Source of the DNA: Mytilus edulis
Taxonomy: Eukaryota
Length of the DNA stretch: 64,000 nt
NCBI RefSeq assembly: GCF_963676685.1
Contig: NC_092348.1
Location: 37,014,001 to 37,078,000, forward strand
Reading direction: 5' to 3'
The notes beneath the pieces were generated by a model. That model did not search any database. It was not told the origin of the DNA and worked only from the letters and a program-made list of their open reading frames with translations. A program made the translations under genes and the position numbers. This document shows, piece after piece, positions 51,070 through 64,000 of the stretch (positions are counted from its first letter, which is position 1; each line of letters opens with the position of its first letter).

Positions 51070-52049
51070 AGCCTCGGTCACACCTTACCGGATAGCTCGA
51101 ACGGACGCCTAACGGATAACTTTTTTCAATCCATTCATGTCCGTTAGACGTCCGTTCTTATCCGTTAGACGTCCGTCCATATCCGTTGCATGTCCGTTAA
51201 GCGTACGTTTTATCCGTCGACGTCCGTTCTGTCCGGTGGAAAATTTTGAGCATGTTCAAAACTTTGAACGGACGTCCAACGGATAAAATGTCCGTTGAAA
51301 ATCCGTTAGGCGTCCGTTTTGTACGGTACTCGTCCGTTTCGTTTCCGTTTTGTATCCGTTACGTGTCCGTTATACATCCGTTGGAGGTCTGGAATATAAA
51401 TTCACCAACGGAAATCTACCGGACGTTTAACGGATAAAACGGATGTTGAACGGATGAGAAACGGACTTCTACCGGACGTATAACGGATAAAACAAATGAT
51501 GAACGGATCTGAAACGGATAAATGCCAATTGAAAATTTAGAAATGCCAATTATTGGTATATCAGATTTCTTACGGGTCATGAATTCTTATTATTCAGTAT
51601 CGATCTTAGAGTATAGGCACGCCTTCACAATCAATCAGTTCTTATTCAGGCCAGACACTGCCCTTTGGCGGAATTTTTGAAGAACAAACCAAAACCAGTT
51701 ACACAGAAACATTTTGAATATTTATTCGATTTACATGTTTTATTATTGACGCCTTTGATTTTTCCGTATATCTTGTTCATCCGTTTTATCCGGTACGCTT
51801 CCGTTAGGTGTCCGCTTTATGCGGTACTCGTCCGTTGGATGTACGTTCGACATCCGTTCTGTCCGGTACGTGTCCGTTTCTCGTACGTTGCATATCCGGT
51901 GTGTGCCTGTTATGCATCCGTTAAACGTCCGTTTTATTCGGTCACTACATCAACGGACTCCCAACGGATAACAATTTTGTCAACGGACAACTTTTATTTT
52001 CATCCGTTAGGTGTCCGTTCGTGCCATCCGGTAAGGTGTGACCGAGGCT
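51070..52049. mobile_element. Non-autonomous PIF/Harbinger-like DNA transposon
   Basis: 24-bp perfect TIR agcctcggtcacaccttaccggat / atccggtaaggtgtgaccgaggct. Flanks tga/taa are near a TWA TSD. Interior dense in AACGGA/TCCGTT. Confidence 0.8.
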
Positions 52050-53489
52050 TAAGACTTGATCAAATTTTATTAGGCTACTAGCTCAAATACGACATGCGAA
52101 GATAGTCGGATATAGCATTGGTTTGTAGATATAGGAAGATGTGGTGTGAGTGCCAAGTTTTGGTTTGTTTTGTACTTAATTTTTTTTATACTCATAATTA
52201 GTAAATGCTATTAAAATTGCAGTTTTAATATGTCTTTAAACAATTGCAACTTGAAAATGCATAAAATAACAAACATAATAGGAATAATCATGTGCAAATA
52301 TATGTATTGTCTAAATGTGCATCTGGTGCAGACACAAAACTGGTATTGTTAATGTTATCGAATGGGCAGGATTGAGAAGCAGGGAGTACTTTGTCCAACC
52401 TAGGTGTTGTTTTCTTCTATAAGAAAAAGGTTAATACAACTTTAAAGAAATTCAGTACTAGTATTTGGAAAATGAAAATCTTTGAGAACGCCTACTGGAA
52501 CGTTCAGAAATTTTTCAATTTTAAAATTATTTTTCACACGGTTGACCTTCAATATTTTATTGACGATTCATATATTTTTTCAATCATTTGTATTTGTTCG
52601 GCGATGGAAACAATTTTTCTCTAATTTTTGTGCTATTTTTCACATTTCCTGACCGGTGTGAGAATTTAAGATATTTCTCCTCACAAGTGAAAAATCTGTT
52701 CTCGGCAAATGATTAGTCAAAATTTGATTATGACGTCAAAATGTTTTGTTTTATTCTAAATTTTCCTATTGTGACGTCACAAGCCTCGCGCTTTAAATAA
52801 TAAAATTTAACTGTCTCGAGTGGAAAATATCGTAATACACTTGTTGCAGTGTAGGAATCTATATTTTTATAATAATAATATGAGGCAGTCATTATCAACC
52901 TACATGACCTACCCAGGGTTATATATTTTGGATGTTTATTTAAATAGGTAACATTCCTTTTAGCAATCGGATAAACAAATTTCCCAAAAATCAATTCCTA
53001 ACTTTGATGAATTCAAATATAAATATGCAGGAAATCGTTTGCTCCTTTTTGATGTTTAATGAAAAATCCCGATCAAAATGAAAAGCAGAATGAAATTAAA
53101 CTACCGCCTTATAAGTGAAGGTTTCTCATCGTCAAAGTATAAACTAGACAAAATTAATCCATCATTCAATGATGAGCAATCACTTAAAATTCACCGTTTT
53201 GAAAAAGAACATGGTGCATTGAGATCAGAAGACCATTTGTGTGCGACTTCAAACGTATTTTAAATTTGAAAAATATCCGGGAAACGTAACCTACTTTGAT
53301 TAAATTCATTGTTAATGAGGAAAAATTTTATTCCAAATGTGCTTTTTTAAACTGATTTCAAACGTTTTAAAAATTATACAGGAAAATTGTTTCTGTTTTA
53401 ACCGGAAAAAAATGATTATAATGTATTAATCAATTAATATGTTAATATGACATAAATTCTAATTGTGATCATATCACCAATGTCTAGAT

Positions 53490-54650
53490 ATGAATACTAG
53501 CGATATTGGCAGTAATATTACATTTTTGGAATGGAATGATGAAATAACAAGAAGCTTGATACCAAACATAATCGTACTTTCTGTCTATCTCGTTCTTGGA
53601 ATATGTGGAAACTTCATTGTTTTATTGGTGTATGGTTTTCAGTTCAAGGAACCATCAGAAGAGAGATATTTTATACCAGTTTTAGCGACATTTGACATGA
53701 CAGCAACATTGTACCTTGCAGTGAATTATATATTCCAGTGTTTTAATCAAGTTACTTTTTCAAACAATTTTGGATGCAAGACTCTCGTGTTTATCACTGG
53801 CCTTGCTACCACCAATCCGGTATTTATATTGGTAATTATTGCTGTTCAGCGATACATGAAAATATGTGTCCCTTTTAAACAATCTATGTCGATTTTAATG
53901 AAACGAATGGCATTGGTATTAACAAACGTCGTTTCCTTACTTTACGCCATGCCTTTGCCGTTTGTGTATGGTTCTGTTCCTTATCGCAGCGTCAGGTATG
54001 GAATATCAGGAATGAGATGTGGGAGGTTGAGAGAAGGGCATGCTTTCATGAGTAATTTACACGCGATTGTGGCTTGTGTGTTAGTTTTTGTTATAGTAAT
54101 AACACTTACCATACTTTATGGCAGAATCGGATATACAGTTTTTCGTAACTTAGAAATGAAAAAACGCTTTACTAGAGATGAAAAAAATATCGAAACAAAT
54201 TCTGAAGGCGTTAGTACAGAGGTTCGAGATGACGGTATGTCAGCCACAACAGATAAAACATCAAATCTTTCTCAAGATAAGTATGACGGACAACGTCCAA
54301 TTGAAACAAACGAAAAGCCAACTGCATCAAAGAAACGAAGAAAACACAATCGTCGTGTTAGCCATAAACTCACAATTATGTTTCTTGTTATAACTTTAGT
54401 ATTTTTACTTTGTTTTCTACCAAAAGTGATAATTTTACTTCTTGAAGGGATGTACGAAGATTTTTGGGAACAATTATCAATCTTACAGAGACCGGTTGTG
54501 ATGCTTTTGTACCATATGTTCGTCATCAATAATATTGTGAACCCAATAATATATGCTTTTATGGATATCAAGTTTCGAAATGAAGCAGCGATACTTTTGA
54601 ACTGTATGTTTAGAAAGCCGTGTATTTGTTGTAGAAGATCCATACTCTAA
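53490..54650 (+). CDS. Class A (rhodopsin-like) GPCR, intronless, CCK/orexin-receptor-like molluscan expansion
   Basis: GN in TM1; LATFD in TM2; Cys at the top of TM3; IAVQRY (DRY variant); ECL2 Cys; CFLP in TM6; NPIIY; FR helix 8; Cys-rich tail. Confidence 0.9.
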   Translation: MNTSDIGSNITFLEWNDEITRSLIPNIIVLSVYLVLGICGNFIVLLVYGFQFKEPSEERYFIPVLATFDMTATLYLAVNYIFQCFNQVTFSNNFGCKTLVFITGLATTNPVFILVIIAVQRYMKICVPFKQSMSILMKRMALVLTNVVSLLYAMPLPFVYGSVPYRSVRYGISGMRCGRLREGHAFMSNLHAIVACVLVFVIVITLTILYGRIGYTVFRNLEMKKRFTRDEKNIETNSEGVSTEVRDDGMSATTDKTSNLSQDKYDGQRPIETNEKPTASKKRRKHNRRVSHKLTIMFLVITLVFLLCFLPKVIILLLEGMYEDFWEQLSILQRPVVMLLYHMFVINNIVNPIIYAFMDIKFRNEAAILLNCMFRKPCICCRRSIL

Positions 54651-55073
54651 ATCAATACATCGCTACGTTGATCGCAAGTGTATATCTTTAAAAAAAATTG
54701 TTAAGTACATCTGTTCAAACAAGAAAGGACAGTAATGAGCTATCTTTGTTAGTCATTATCTCTTTATATGTTGTAATTAAAAAAAAAACCAGATTTCTAC
54801 CTACCTGAGATTAAAACAATAAGCGAAGATGTAATATATTTTAGTTTCTTTCAAAATATTCATATAGAATTAAAAACTTTCAGAGAAGTATTGGACAAAG
54901 TTAATGTCAAATGACAGATTAAAACGTTTCGTATTTATCTGTTTCGCACTTTTTAAAAATATATTCAAAGAAATTTAAAAATAAAGAAAGATGATATGCC
55001 ATGATAAAATAAAAGAAATAGAATCTTATAAAGCCCACATATACACTTTATTGTGTAAAGTTTAAACGTTGCT

Positions 55074-55496
55074 AGGGAAAACGGTACTATTACATTTTCC
55101 CAGCATTAGGTTGGCCTTTTGTGTACCCAAGACAGGTGAAGGAAGTCAACTTAGGAGGGCTGTGATTGGATGTAAGGGTACAAAATATTTTTTTATTTAT
55201 CTATGAATAACTGCAGTGTGTAAATTTACAATATAAATTTTAAAACCTATTGAAATATTTTCTAGAGAATTATTCCAAAAGGCTTCCAAAATTTCATAAA
55301 TTTGGTGCAAAATGACGGTGGGCATGGATAATTGGAAATTGGTCATGATACTATTTGGCTTCAATTTTTAAAATAGATTAATAAAGTACTAACATCACAC
55401 ATAACTGTTTTATGCAGGTTATTATTATAAAAACTGGAAAATTTAGAAAATGTTAGTATTGTCGTCTATGGCAGAATAAATAGTACCGTTTTCCCT
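55074..55496. mobile_element. MITE with 18-bp TIR and 3-bp TSD
   Basis: agggaaaacggtactatt / aatagtaccgttttccct, with gct on both flanks. Confidence 0.75.
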
Positions 55497-56215
55497 GCTA
55501 TGTCCATTCTTTTATTTCAAATAACAAAACATATTCACATCTACAGACATATTTATAAGATCATGTAACAATATATTACAATTAAGAAGGGGAATTTATG
55601 TTAAAATTTTATTTGTTAAATTTGTCAAATTAGCATCTAAACAGGATGTGAAGCAATTTTATAAAGAAATAAACATAAAACGAGGTTATTTATCAAAGAC
55701 CGAATTTGAAATATTTACATATACTAATTCTGTCCATTTATTGATATTTAATCATAACACAAACCGATAAACACTGCATACATGCAGATGATTAACACGT
55801 GTATTGATAGAAATGAATCTTTGAAATCATTGAAAAAAGAAGCTTACAGCACTAGATAATTTTTTTTCAGTTTTTAATTAATTTCTGTAACATATTTTAT
55901 TTAAATCAAGTGTACGACATATGTTCTGTTATAATTAGTATCTGAGGAGTGAAAACACTACTAAATCATTGTGTATTAATTGACTGAAAACAAGTTTCAT
56001 AATAAATGTGTTCTCAATTGTGTGAATTTCATTTGTATACGTAGAACTAGTATATATTAATGGTTATGGGGAAGCTGAATCCCGCCTCTTGGAGCAGGAT
56101 TTTCTCGCTGCGTTGAATAAACAAGTGATAACCCCTGGTTGAATTTTCCTCTCTCGATAATACTATTACTGTTTAAGCATTTTGCTGCCTGTTTCTGTTG
56201 AACAAAATTCAATAT

Positions 56216-57694
56216 CAGACGTTACGCACGGTATTCGGTCTATGTCTCATTTTATCATCTCTTGATCATAAGTAGGACAAAAACAAATCAATTCTGCGTA
56301 TTATTTTAAAAACAGTAACTTGTCTTGATTCATCATTTGAATCGAAATAAAAGAAAACCTGATTTTAATAAATTTAATGTAATGTATTATTATATAATTA
56401 AGCAATGATTCCGTGTACATAATGCCATTTTTGCCGTGTAAGACGTAACAACAATAACTAACCTTCCAAATATAAGCGAAGAAAAAATGCAAACTGCTGA
56501 ATGGATTTCGACGAAATTTGTATAGGTGGGATATAATATAATCATATTTATAGTGTGACACGGTCACAATGAATATCACGGTAGTTCGTCATCTAGCGGC
56601 GATTTTCGAAATTCCATTGATCTGTAAGATTTGAAAATTCGAGTATGCAAAAATGAAAGTAAGCACTTTGACATTACAATATTTTCACATAAATTATAGA
56701 AAAGGTGTGCCCTCTCTACATGAAAATGTAATTTTATTGAATTTTACGAATACATTTTTATTTCTAACACAGCTTCTCTCATTTTATTTTATTTTCAGTA
56801 TTTTCTATGTCTCCCTTAAATGTGACCACATAACCATTGTTCAAGATTTTTTATTACCATGCTAATTTATGGTATTTTAGATTTTGTGACAGACAAATGA
56901 ACTATGAAAACAAATGTTACTACAGAAAAGTGATTTTTTTAAAAGATTTGTTTAAGCCTTCAATGTTACGGAAACGCTAAATTTTTCATCAAGTCCCATC
57001 AAATTGTCCGTGTCTCCCCAACATGTTATCACGTCCAAATTGAACGTAATATGTATAATTTTATTTTCCTTTGACTGAAAGTAAAGCATGTTTGTATCTT
57101 TAGCATTTTACACGTTCTATGTAATGATATATTTTAGTGATAATTTTAATAACTTCTGTTAAAAGGTAATAAATCAAAATGAAAATTTGACTTCCATCAA
57201 AGTTTTGTAAACCATGTGCTGATCTTAAAGCAGTCAAAGTTTTTGATAAATAATAAGTTTTCTTTAATATCAAACCTTTCTACTTTGGAATCTATAGTAA
57301 CAGACATCTTTCTGCTAGTACAGTCATTTCCATGCATCTGACAAACAGATGAATGTGAAAATACTAATTCAAGGACTGTAGATCACTTTTTAATCTTAAA
57401 TAAAATGAACAATTCCAAACTCCGGTTTTCATTCCAAAATCTGAGGATGAAATTGAAATTACAGATCACGAAAAGAGAGGATATATAGTAGTTGTTGCTG
57501 CCATTGACCCAAACGATGATTATTTTGTCAAAAAAGTCTAGTTTTGTTTTTATAAGTAGTTAAACATCAAAATGCTAGCTGTATTAAAACATAGTGAAAA
57601 GCTTCAACGTTTTGTACAGAAGTCGATTAAAATAATTGAAAACTACGTCGAGTAACGTTACCATTACTAAATCGAACACTGTGCGTAACGTCTG
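56216..57694. mobile_element. Non-autonomous TIR element (~1.5 kb)
   Basis: cagacgttacgcacggtattcg / cgaacactgtgcgtaacgtctg, two mismatches. No TSD recognised. Confidence 0.55.
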
Positions 57695-57854
57695 AGCCAT
57701 AAAATAGTGATTCAATATTTCGACTAGAAATACTGATAGTACAATCTTTATGCATTTGTATATTTAAATAATTTTCAATTAAATGGAAATTGGAAAATAA
57801 GTTAAAAAAAATGTATGTTTTATGTATAAGTTTATACTAATTAACGTCATAAAT

Positions 57855-57935
57855 AACAGCCTATTGCCATACATAATCATACTTTTCGTTTATATTAGTC
57901 TGAGTACCTATGGCAACGTCTTTGTGTTGTTGGTT
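57855..57935 (+). pseudogene. GPCR TM1 fragment of the same family
   Basis: NSLLPYIIILFVYISLSTYGNVFVLLV versus HSLLPNIIILSVYLALGTCGNFFVLMV in the 59623 gene. Similarity stops after TM1. Confidence 0.7.
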
Positions 57936-59622
57936 AAATGTGCTACTAAAACACACCGCGAAATCGTGGGTATTCAGAGCTTGGTTAAATGTATGTATGT
58001 AAACTGTTGTAGGATGGTTTTTTGTAAAATGTTTTATGTCTAGAGAATTTCAGGAGAGGTATCAAACTAAGTCATAGAGTCTCTATATTTTATAGGATTA
58101 TAATCTATAATACATGCAGAATAACGAGAAAATAATTGTCCTGTCCCCGAGTAATCAAGTTATAAAAATATGTTTAAAGGGGGCCACTATCTGCATAGAA
58201 GAACTCTAAATAAAATTGACATTTCACGATGAATGAACAATTAAAAATGTCTTGCACGTTGAACTTTTTATCGATTTCACGAAACACTGTGAATAATAAT
58301 TTTTCATGGCTACACGTTAAATAAAAAGTGGCAAAACACGTTGCACGAAAATAATCCTTTACCCCCTATTTTAAAGTTTAAAATTGGAAGTTTTGGGTAT
58401 GACTGAAAAGTCGTTTAATAGTATAGATGCGTATAATGAAATTTGATGCGACTGTCATACAAGTGAGAGGTTTAGCTAGCTATCAAACCAGTATTAATCC
58501 ACCATTTTCTACCTAAGAAAATGCCTATAAAAAGTCAGGAATTTGATAGTTGTTATCTATTCGTTTGACGTGTTTGAACTTTTGATTTTGCTGTTTGATT
58601 GGGGACTTTCTTTTTTAATTTTCCTCGGCGTTTTTTTGTGATTTTACTTTTTAAGATAATGGATCCCTAAGGTGAAAGACATCCCGAACCAATTTTCGGC
58701 TTTTTTTTTATATGATGGCAACAATACATATATTTCTGTGTTTCGCTTGACTTGGAATTGTCAATGAAATCTTTTATTTGACAAAATTAGCTTATTTATA
58801 AAGGATTTTATTATAGCGGTTCAGACATTGGTTCTGGTCTTTTCGGGAGAAAGAAGATCTATTCGCTTAAATGCAGTTTCCATCAATACTATACTGTTCT
58901 TTTTTTTTTCTTTAAAATTATTTACTGTTATGTATTGCTAATTGCATTGGATCATTCTTCCGGTACTGATTATCATGTTAATGTTTCCTGATATAACGAA
59001 AGCATTGCAAAAATAAAGAATTGATAGAAGGCTAAGTATTAAATTCAAATAAGAAACTTAAAGCTTTTAGACAACAAAATCGTGACCAAATAGTTTCGAC
59101 ATTTTCAAATTTGTCAAAAGTCATTGAAAACCCCATTATAAACTCTTGATCAAAGTAGAATGTTTATTCGTTGATTGACTGTTTTCCGTCTTATCTCTAG
59201 ATGACTTTTTGGTTTTTAGTGACTTTCAGTAATTATGGGACGTCAAAAGACTTAAAAGCAACCGTGAATTTTATAACTTTAATATTAAAGTGAATACCAT
59301 GAAATAAGATATGTGAGCGTGTTCACCGGTGTTTGTGTGTTTTGTTTAACTAAATGGATGTTTCCTTATTTAACAGGCGCATGCCCAACACTTTTTTTTC
59401 TGTTTCATAATTGTATTTACCTTAAAGTTTTTATTTAAATTATTTCATCTGGAAAGATATACATGTTGATAGAAATGGTTATGTTATAAGGACATATTAT
59501 GCATTGCAATTTTTCCTGGATATAGGTTTGCAAACTAAAACCCTTAGTTTAATAGAAATACGAAACTCGTAAGTACATTATAGAACTTTATAATTTTCAA
59601 AGTGATTTGAGTGCAAGGCAAA

Positions 59623-60795
59623 ATGATTAATATGAATATTAACACAACTTTAAAGAATATAACTTTATCAGAATTGAACATGGAAATAACACACAGCCTA
59701 TTGCCAAACATCATCATACTTTCCGTTTATCTTGCTCTTGGTACCTGTGGAAACTTCTTCGTTTTGATGGTTTATGCATTTCAGATGAAGAAGACATCAG
59801 ATGAAAGATATTTCATACCAGTTTTAGCTTTCTTTGACATGATAGCAACATTATATCTTGGAGTTCATTATATAGTTCAGTGTTTCTTTCAGACGACATT
59901 TTCAAACAATATCTTATGCAAGTCACTTGTGTTCTTTGTTGCAAATACTACCTATACGTCAGTTTTCATATTAATCATTATTGCAATTCAGAGATACATG
60001 AAAGTATGCATGCCGTTAAAACCATCCATGTCGATTTCGATGAAAAGAACTGCATTGTTTCTTGGAATTCTCCTATCATTACTTTTTGCTTTAATTTTAC
60101 CATTTGTATATGGTACAATTCCGTACCACAACATTAAATATGGAATCGTAGGAAAGAGATGTGGCAGATTGAAGAATGGAAACGCATTTACCAGTACTTT
60201 ATATTCCGTAGGTATTGGAACGCTAGTCTTTGTCGCAGTAGCATTACTTGTTATTCTTTATTACAAAATTCTGAACGAGGTGTTTCGTAGCTTAAAAATA
60301 CACAAAAAAGACAAAAGTGGCAATAAAAAAGATACCGGAAAAGAAGATGAAGACGAAAATTGTCGTGATATTTGTTGTGGTGATATTGGGATGTCAGAAA
60401 CTAAGCCAGACCCAGTAGGACAGCAAGACATTAAAAATAGTCATGTTGCAAATGATTCGGTATCAGCTGTATCCAGAAAACGGAGAATCATCAATCGTCA
60501 AATAACCAATAAACTCGCGTTAATGTTTTTCATTATCACTGCCGTATTTATTCTTAGTTATATACCAAAGGTGATAGTCCTGTGTCTTGAAGGAATCCAC
60601 AAAGATTTTTGGGAAAATCTCTCTAACTCGCAAAGACCTGCTGTGACGTTCCTATACCATATCTTCATAATCAATAATATAATAAACCCTTTAATTTACG
60701 CTTTTATGGACATCGAGTTTCGCGATAATGCAGCACTTTTGTTGAAACGCATGTTTTTTAATCCTTGTATTTGTATTGGAAGAATTCGTGTGTAA
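59623..60795 (+). CDS. Class A GPCR, paralogue of 53490-54650
   Basis: Collinear with the 53490 gene (SLLPNIIILSVYL, ERYFIPVLA, IAIQRY, NPLIY). The ORF track uses GTG at 59611; the first ATG is at 59623, with an alternative at 59632. Confidence 0.9.
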   Translation: MINMNINTTLKNITLSELNMEITHSLLPNIIILSVYLALGTCGNFFVLMVYAFQMKKTSDERYFIPVLAFFDMIATLYLGVHYIVQCFFQTTFSNNILCKSLVFFVANTTYTSVFILIIIAIQRYMKVCMPLKPSMSISMKRTALFLGILLSLLFALILPFVYGTIPYHNIKYGIVGKRCGRLKNGNAFTSTLYSVGIGTLVFVAVALLVILYYKILNEVFRSLKIHKKDKSGNKKDTGKEDEDENCRDICCGDIGMSETKPDPVGQQDIKNSHVANDSVSAVSRKRRIINRQITNKLALMFFIITAVFILSYIPKVIVLCLEGIHKDFWENLSNSQRPAVTFLYHIFIINNIINPLIYAFMDIEFRDNAALLLKRMFFNPCICIGRIRV

Positions 60796-62851
60796 AATCA
60801 AATGTGTATATGGAAAAACTGTTATAATTTGTTATGTATTGATTTGTTTTAATCTAACCGTCTGCAACGAATTGTGGGAAACATGGAATCTACCAAGTAG
60901 ACTGAACAAAATGTATTTTGAGCATCCTGGACCCGAAAAGATAGTTCGTTTGAACCATTTAGTTACTTGTTTCAAAGCAAAATCCTAGATTTTGAAATCA
61001 CATATAAAAAGTCTGATCGTGTTTCTTTTTTTTTTCGGCACATTTAAGCTGCAGTCGTCAACTGTGATTGTTTGCTTATCACAGAAATATGGAAATTTGA
61101 CATACGCGGAAAACTTACTAACCCAAAATGAGCACGTATGTAAGACCAAAATTAAATCTACATATCACCCATTTTTTTTCAATCGATTTATAATTCATTA
61201 ATACTATGGGGGAAAAAACTCGATTTAACAGTTTAAAAGTTTTACCCTGAATCATATTGCAAGATCCTAACCAAATGTGGGAACAAATTTGTTTTTATAA
61301 TATATGTTTAGGTCATTGGAAATAAATTACTATATTAAGTTTCTGTTCAATGTATTTCAACGGGGAAAAAAATCTACATAAATACGTTTAAAGATAATCG
61401 TTGATTATCTCAACGAGATTGATTTTCTCGCTTGAGTCGGTAAGGCGAAACTAAGTAAAAACAATCGAGTTGAGATGACCAATGATAGTCTCTATTTTTT
61501 TTTTACCTATGACGACGTTGTCAATTTCATGTCAATTTCATTAGCAACGACATGTGCCCCCTTATTTTCTAGCGATAATTTTCATATCATTCGACTCCTC
61601 TTAGAAAGAAAATTATCAGTCGGCAAGATCAAAGGAAAATTTCGTAAAATAGCGATAAATGTAGATATTAGTGACATGATGTCATACATATTAATTAATA
61701 TATAACGCCTTTCCAACCGTGACTGCTATCTATGGTATTATGACATACAGATTAGGGGTTCGATTAAGTCTTTTAAAACGTGACTGATATCGAAATTATC
61801 ACGGTTGGCTGATAGAGCATAATTGTAAATGATTGAAGTACGCTTACAATTTACTTCTTTTATCTGTTAAGTATATAATAAAAGACCAGGATGTAACACA
61901 ATTCTTTAGAAAAACATTTCTGCTCAACAAATAGACTTCTTCAGTTGCAACGATTTCATTCAACACGATAGGTGTTTATCTGTTGAATAATCTCGTTTAT
62001 TCAAATTTTAAAAACTTTTGTTCCTTGTGAAATCTAAATTAGAACGAATAAAGGTGAATAAAAAAATATGGTCTAGTCTGGACGAAACGCGCGTCTGGCG
62101 TATTAAATTTGAAACCTGGTACCTTTTCTTAGCTATTATTCGTATGTTTCTCTGTCCTATATGTTCTCTCATTTATTTGTATTGTAGTTCTGTCATGTAA
62201 TGTTGTCATTTTAATGTTATATTTGACATTGCCATAAAAGTGGGAAGTTTCGCATGCAATGGCGTAGCTTACGTTGAGGCAACCGAGGCAGAAAAAAAAC
62301 TTTTATAATAAGTGATTATCACCTCATGCGGATTGCAGCAGATTTATTTAGTCATATGTATACCCCATTCCAAGCAGTTCAGTAGAATAGAAAGATGAGG
62401 ATCCAACTCTCGAGACTTCTCGGTCGAATCACTTTACCATTAAATCAGGTGAATTTCTGAATTTGTATCATGTATGAGAATAATTCCTCGTATATGAGAG
62501 TCTGGTGAGGTTTGTAGAAAATAGAAAAAAATTACCTGGAATTTCAAATTTAAACTTAAAGGATAGAGATTTAAAATGGTGCTAAAATATAATAGAAAGG
62601 AAAATCAATGAGTATAGGCGACAATAGTTGAAAATAAATATTTGATAAACCCATTCTGCGAATTCAAACCCTCATTTATAACTGTGAAGTCTGAAATGAA
62701 ACATCGTTGTATGTTGACATCTTTTTCTACGTGTAGAACTTTAAATGCACAGAATTTCACTGACTTTAGTACCAATCAAAATAAAGTATGCATCAATCAA
62801 CATGCACAGTTTGACATCATTCATATACGAAAGCCGACAAGGCTCACCTAA

Positions 62852-62909
62852 AATTCAGAATTCAGCATTCAGAATTCGGCATTCAGAATTCGGAATTCAG
62901 AATTCGGAA
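62852..62909. repeat. 7-bp tandem repeat (aattcag/aattcgg)
   Basis: About 8 visible copies. Confidence 0.85.
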
Positions 62910-63488
62910 ATCATTTTTATCAAATGTTATAACATACATAGTTTTTCGTATTTGTTATCTTTAATTCTTGGTTCTGGGTTTGTTTGTGTCTCGTGATTTT
63001 CCTCATTTTTTAATGACGCTTCATTTGTTGCCATTTTTTGCGACAAAATTAAATAACACTTAGTTGAGTGATACAAGGCTGAGGATAAATGTGTTACGAC
63101 CACAGAGTGTGGGAAGGGTTATCAAACTCGGGTATATTTATATTTGTAGTTAACAGTGGTGAAATCTCGCTCCCTTGATACGAAAAAGGGGAACAAAAGA
63201 TTAGTTAAACACGGGGATTAGAACTGCGCAGAATGACAATGGACACACAAACGCCGAAAATTTAAGACAAATACAATACCCGGGCCGTAATAAGAAAAAG
63301 GGGACTAGGATAAGGACTAACCTGTTTGCAATAAGCATGTGTATCTCCAAGGAACTGATACAAATATCCAGGAAACATCCAACATGAGAAGAATAATAGG
63401 AATAAAAATGGACAACCACAAATAATATTGAGAGTGAAGTTGGTCATTTAAGAGAAAATTAACCCATAAAGTTAAGACAGATGCATTT

Positions 63489-63558
63489 TCGGAATAATGA
63501 GCTGTCGGAATAATGAGCTGTCGGAATAATGGGATGTCGGAATAATGGGATATCGGAG
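63489..63558. repeat. 16-bp tandem repeat (tcggaataatgagctg)
   Basis: About 4 visible copies. Confidence 0.85.
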
Positions 63559-64000
63559 TAAGTGGTTGTAGGACAAACACGATGTCACCTTACCGTGTCC
63601 TATCAGGCAAAATATGATGCGAGGTTGTGTGGATGTTTTAAAATAACAAAAATCGTTTTTGAGTTATTGTAAGAAGTGTGGACGACGGACGATGGTTTTA
63701 CAACACTACCGTGATATTTTTTTTAAAAGACATAATTATACGAATATTTGATCCTTCAAATTGAATTTCTTCAGCTATAATACCATTTCAACTATTGAAA
63801 TCTATCATCGTTTTTGTGAAATATAAAATTAACATTTTGAAGATATTTTTGAAGATATTATGATACATGTATAAGATAACTATATTGTGTTGATACTCAT
63901 ATGGTTCAGCTGGTAAATGTCCTATGGTACCATACGTGAATGGCCCAGACGTAAAAAAGTATAACAACAGACTACGACAACAAACAACTGTGTAAAGTTT

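Noticed and set aside
51246-52081. ORFs 51246-51437 and 51665-52081 as a transposase
   Set aside because: Non-ATG starts and no DDE or Myb motifs; they are translations of the repeated TCCGTT motif.

Overview
AT-rich eukaryotic (animal) genomic DNA. The repeat families and gene types resemble those of a bivalve mollusc, probably a Mytilus-like mussel; this is inferred from recall, not checked. There is no prokaryotic operon, CRISPR array, rRNA or tRNA. Genes: (1) a tandem array of four minus-strand paralogues (about 1, 12.4, 18.9 and 28.9 kb) with uninterrupted coding sequence. They encode ~295-aa proteins with exonuclease-endonuclease-phosphatase (EEP/DNase I-like) motifs, an altered catalytic site, a ~60-aa insertion and an invariant C-terminal tail ending RPPRHNGG-stop. 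(2) One intronless sex-peptide/FMRFamide-receptor-like class A GPCR on the minus strand. (3) A cluster of two intact intronless class A GPCR paralogues plus two decayed copies. Intergenic DNA is dense in mobile elements: fragments of Penelope-like reverse transcriptase elements; a 333-nt retrozyme-like unit bounded by hammerhead-ribozyme motifs, with decayed sister copies; a 3.56-kb long-TIR element with a 7-bp TSD (P/Galileo-like) holding nested insertions; a non-autonomous Helitron; a Harbinger-like element filled with AACGGA motifs; several MITEs and palindromes; and minisatellites. The best candidates for undescribed biology are the EEP-like di-glycine-tailed family and the hammerhead retrozyme.
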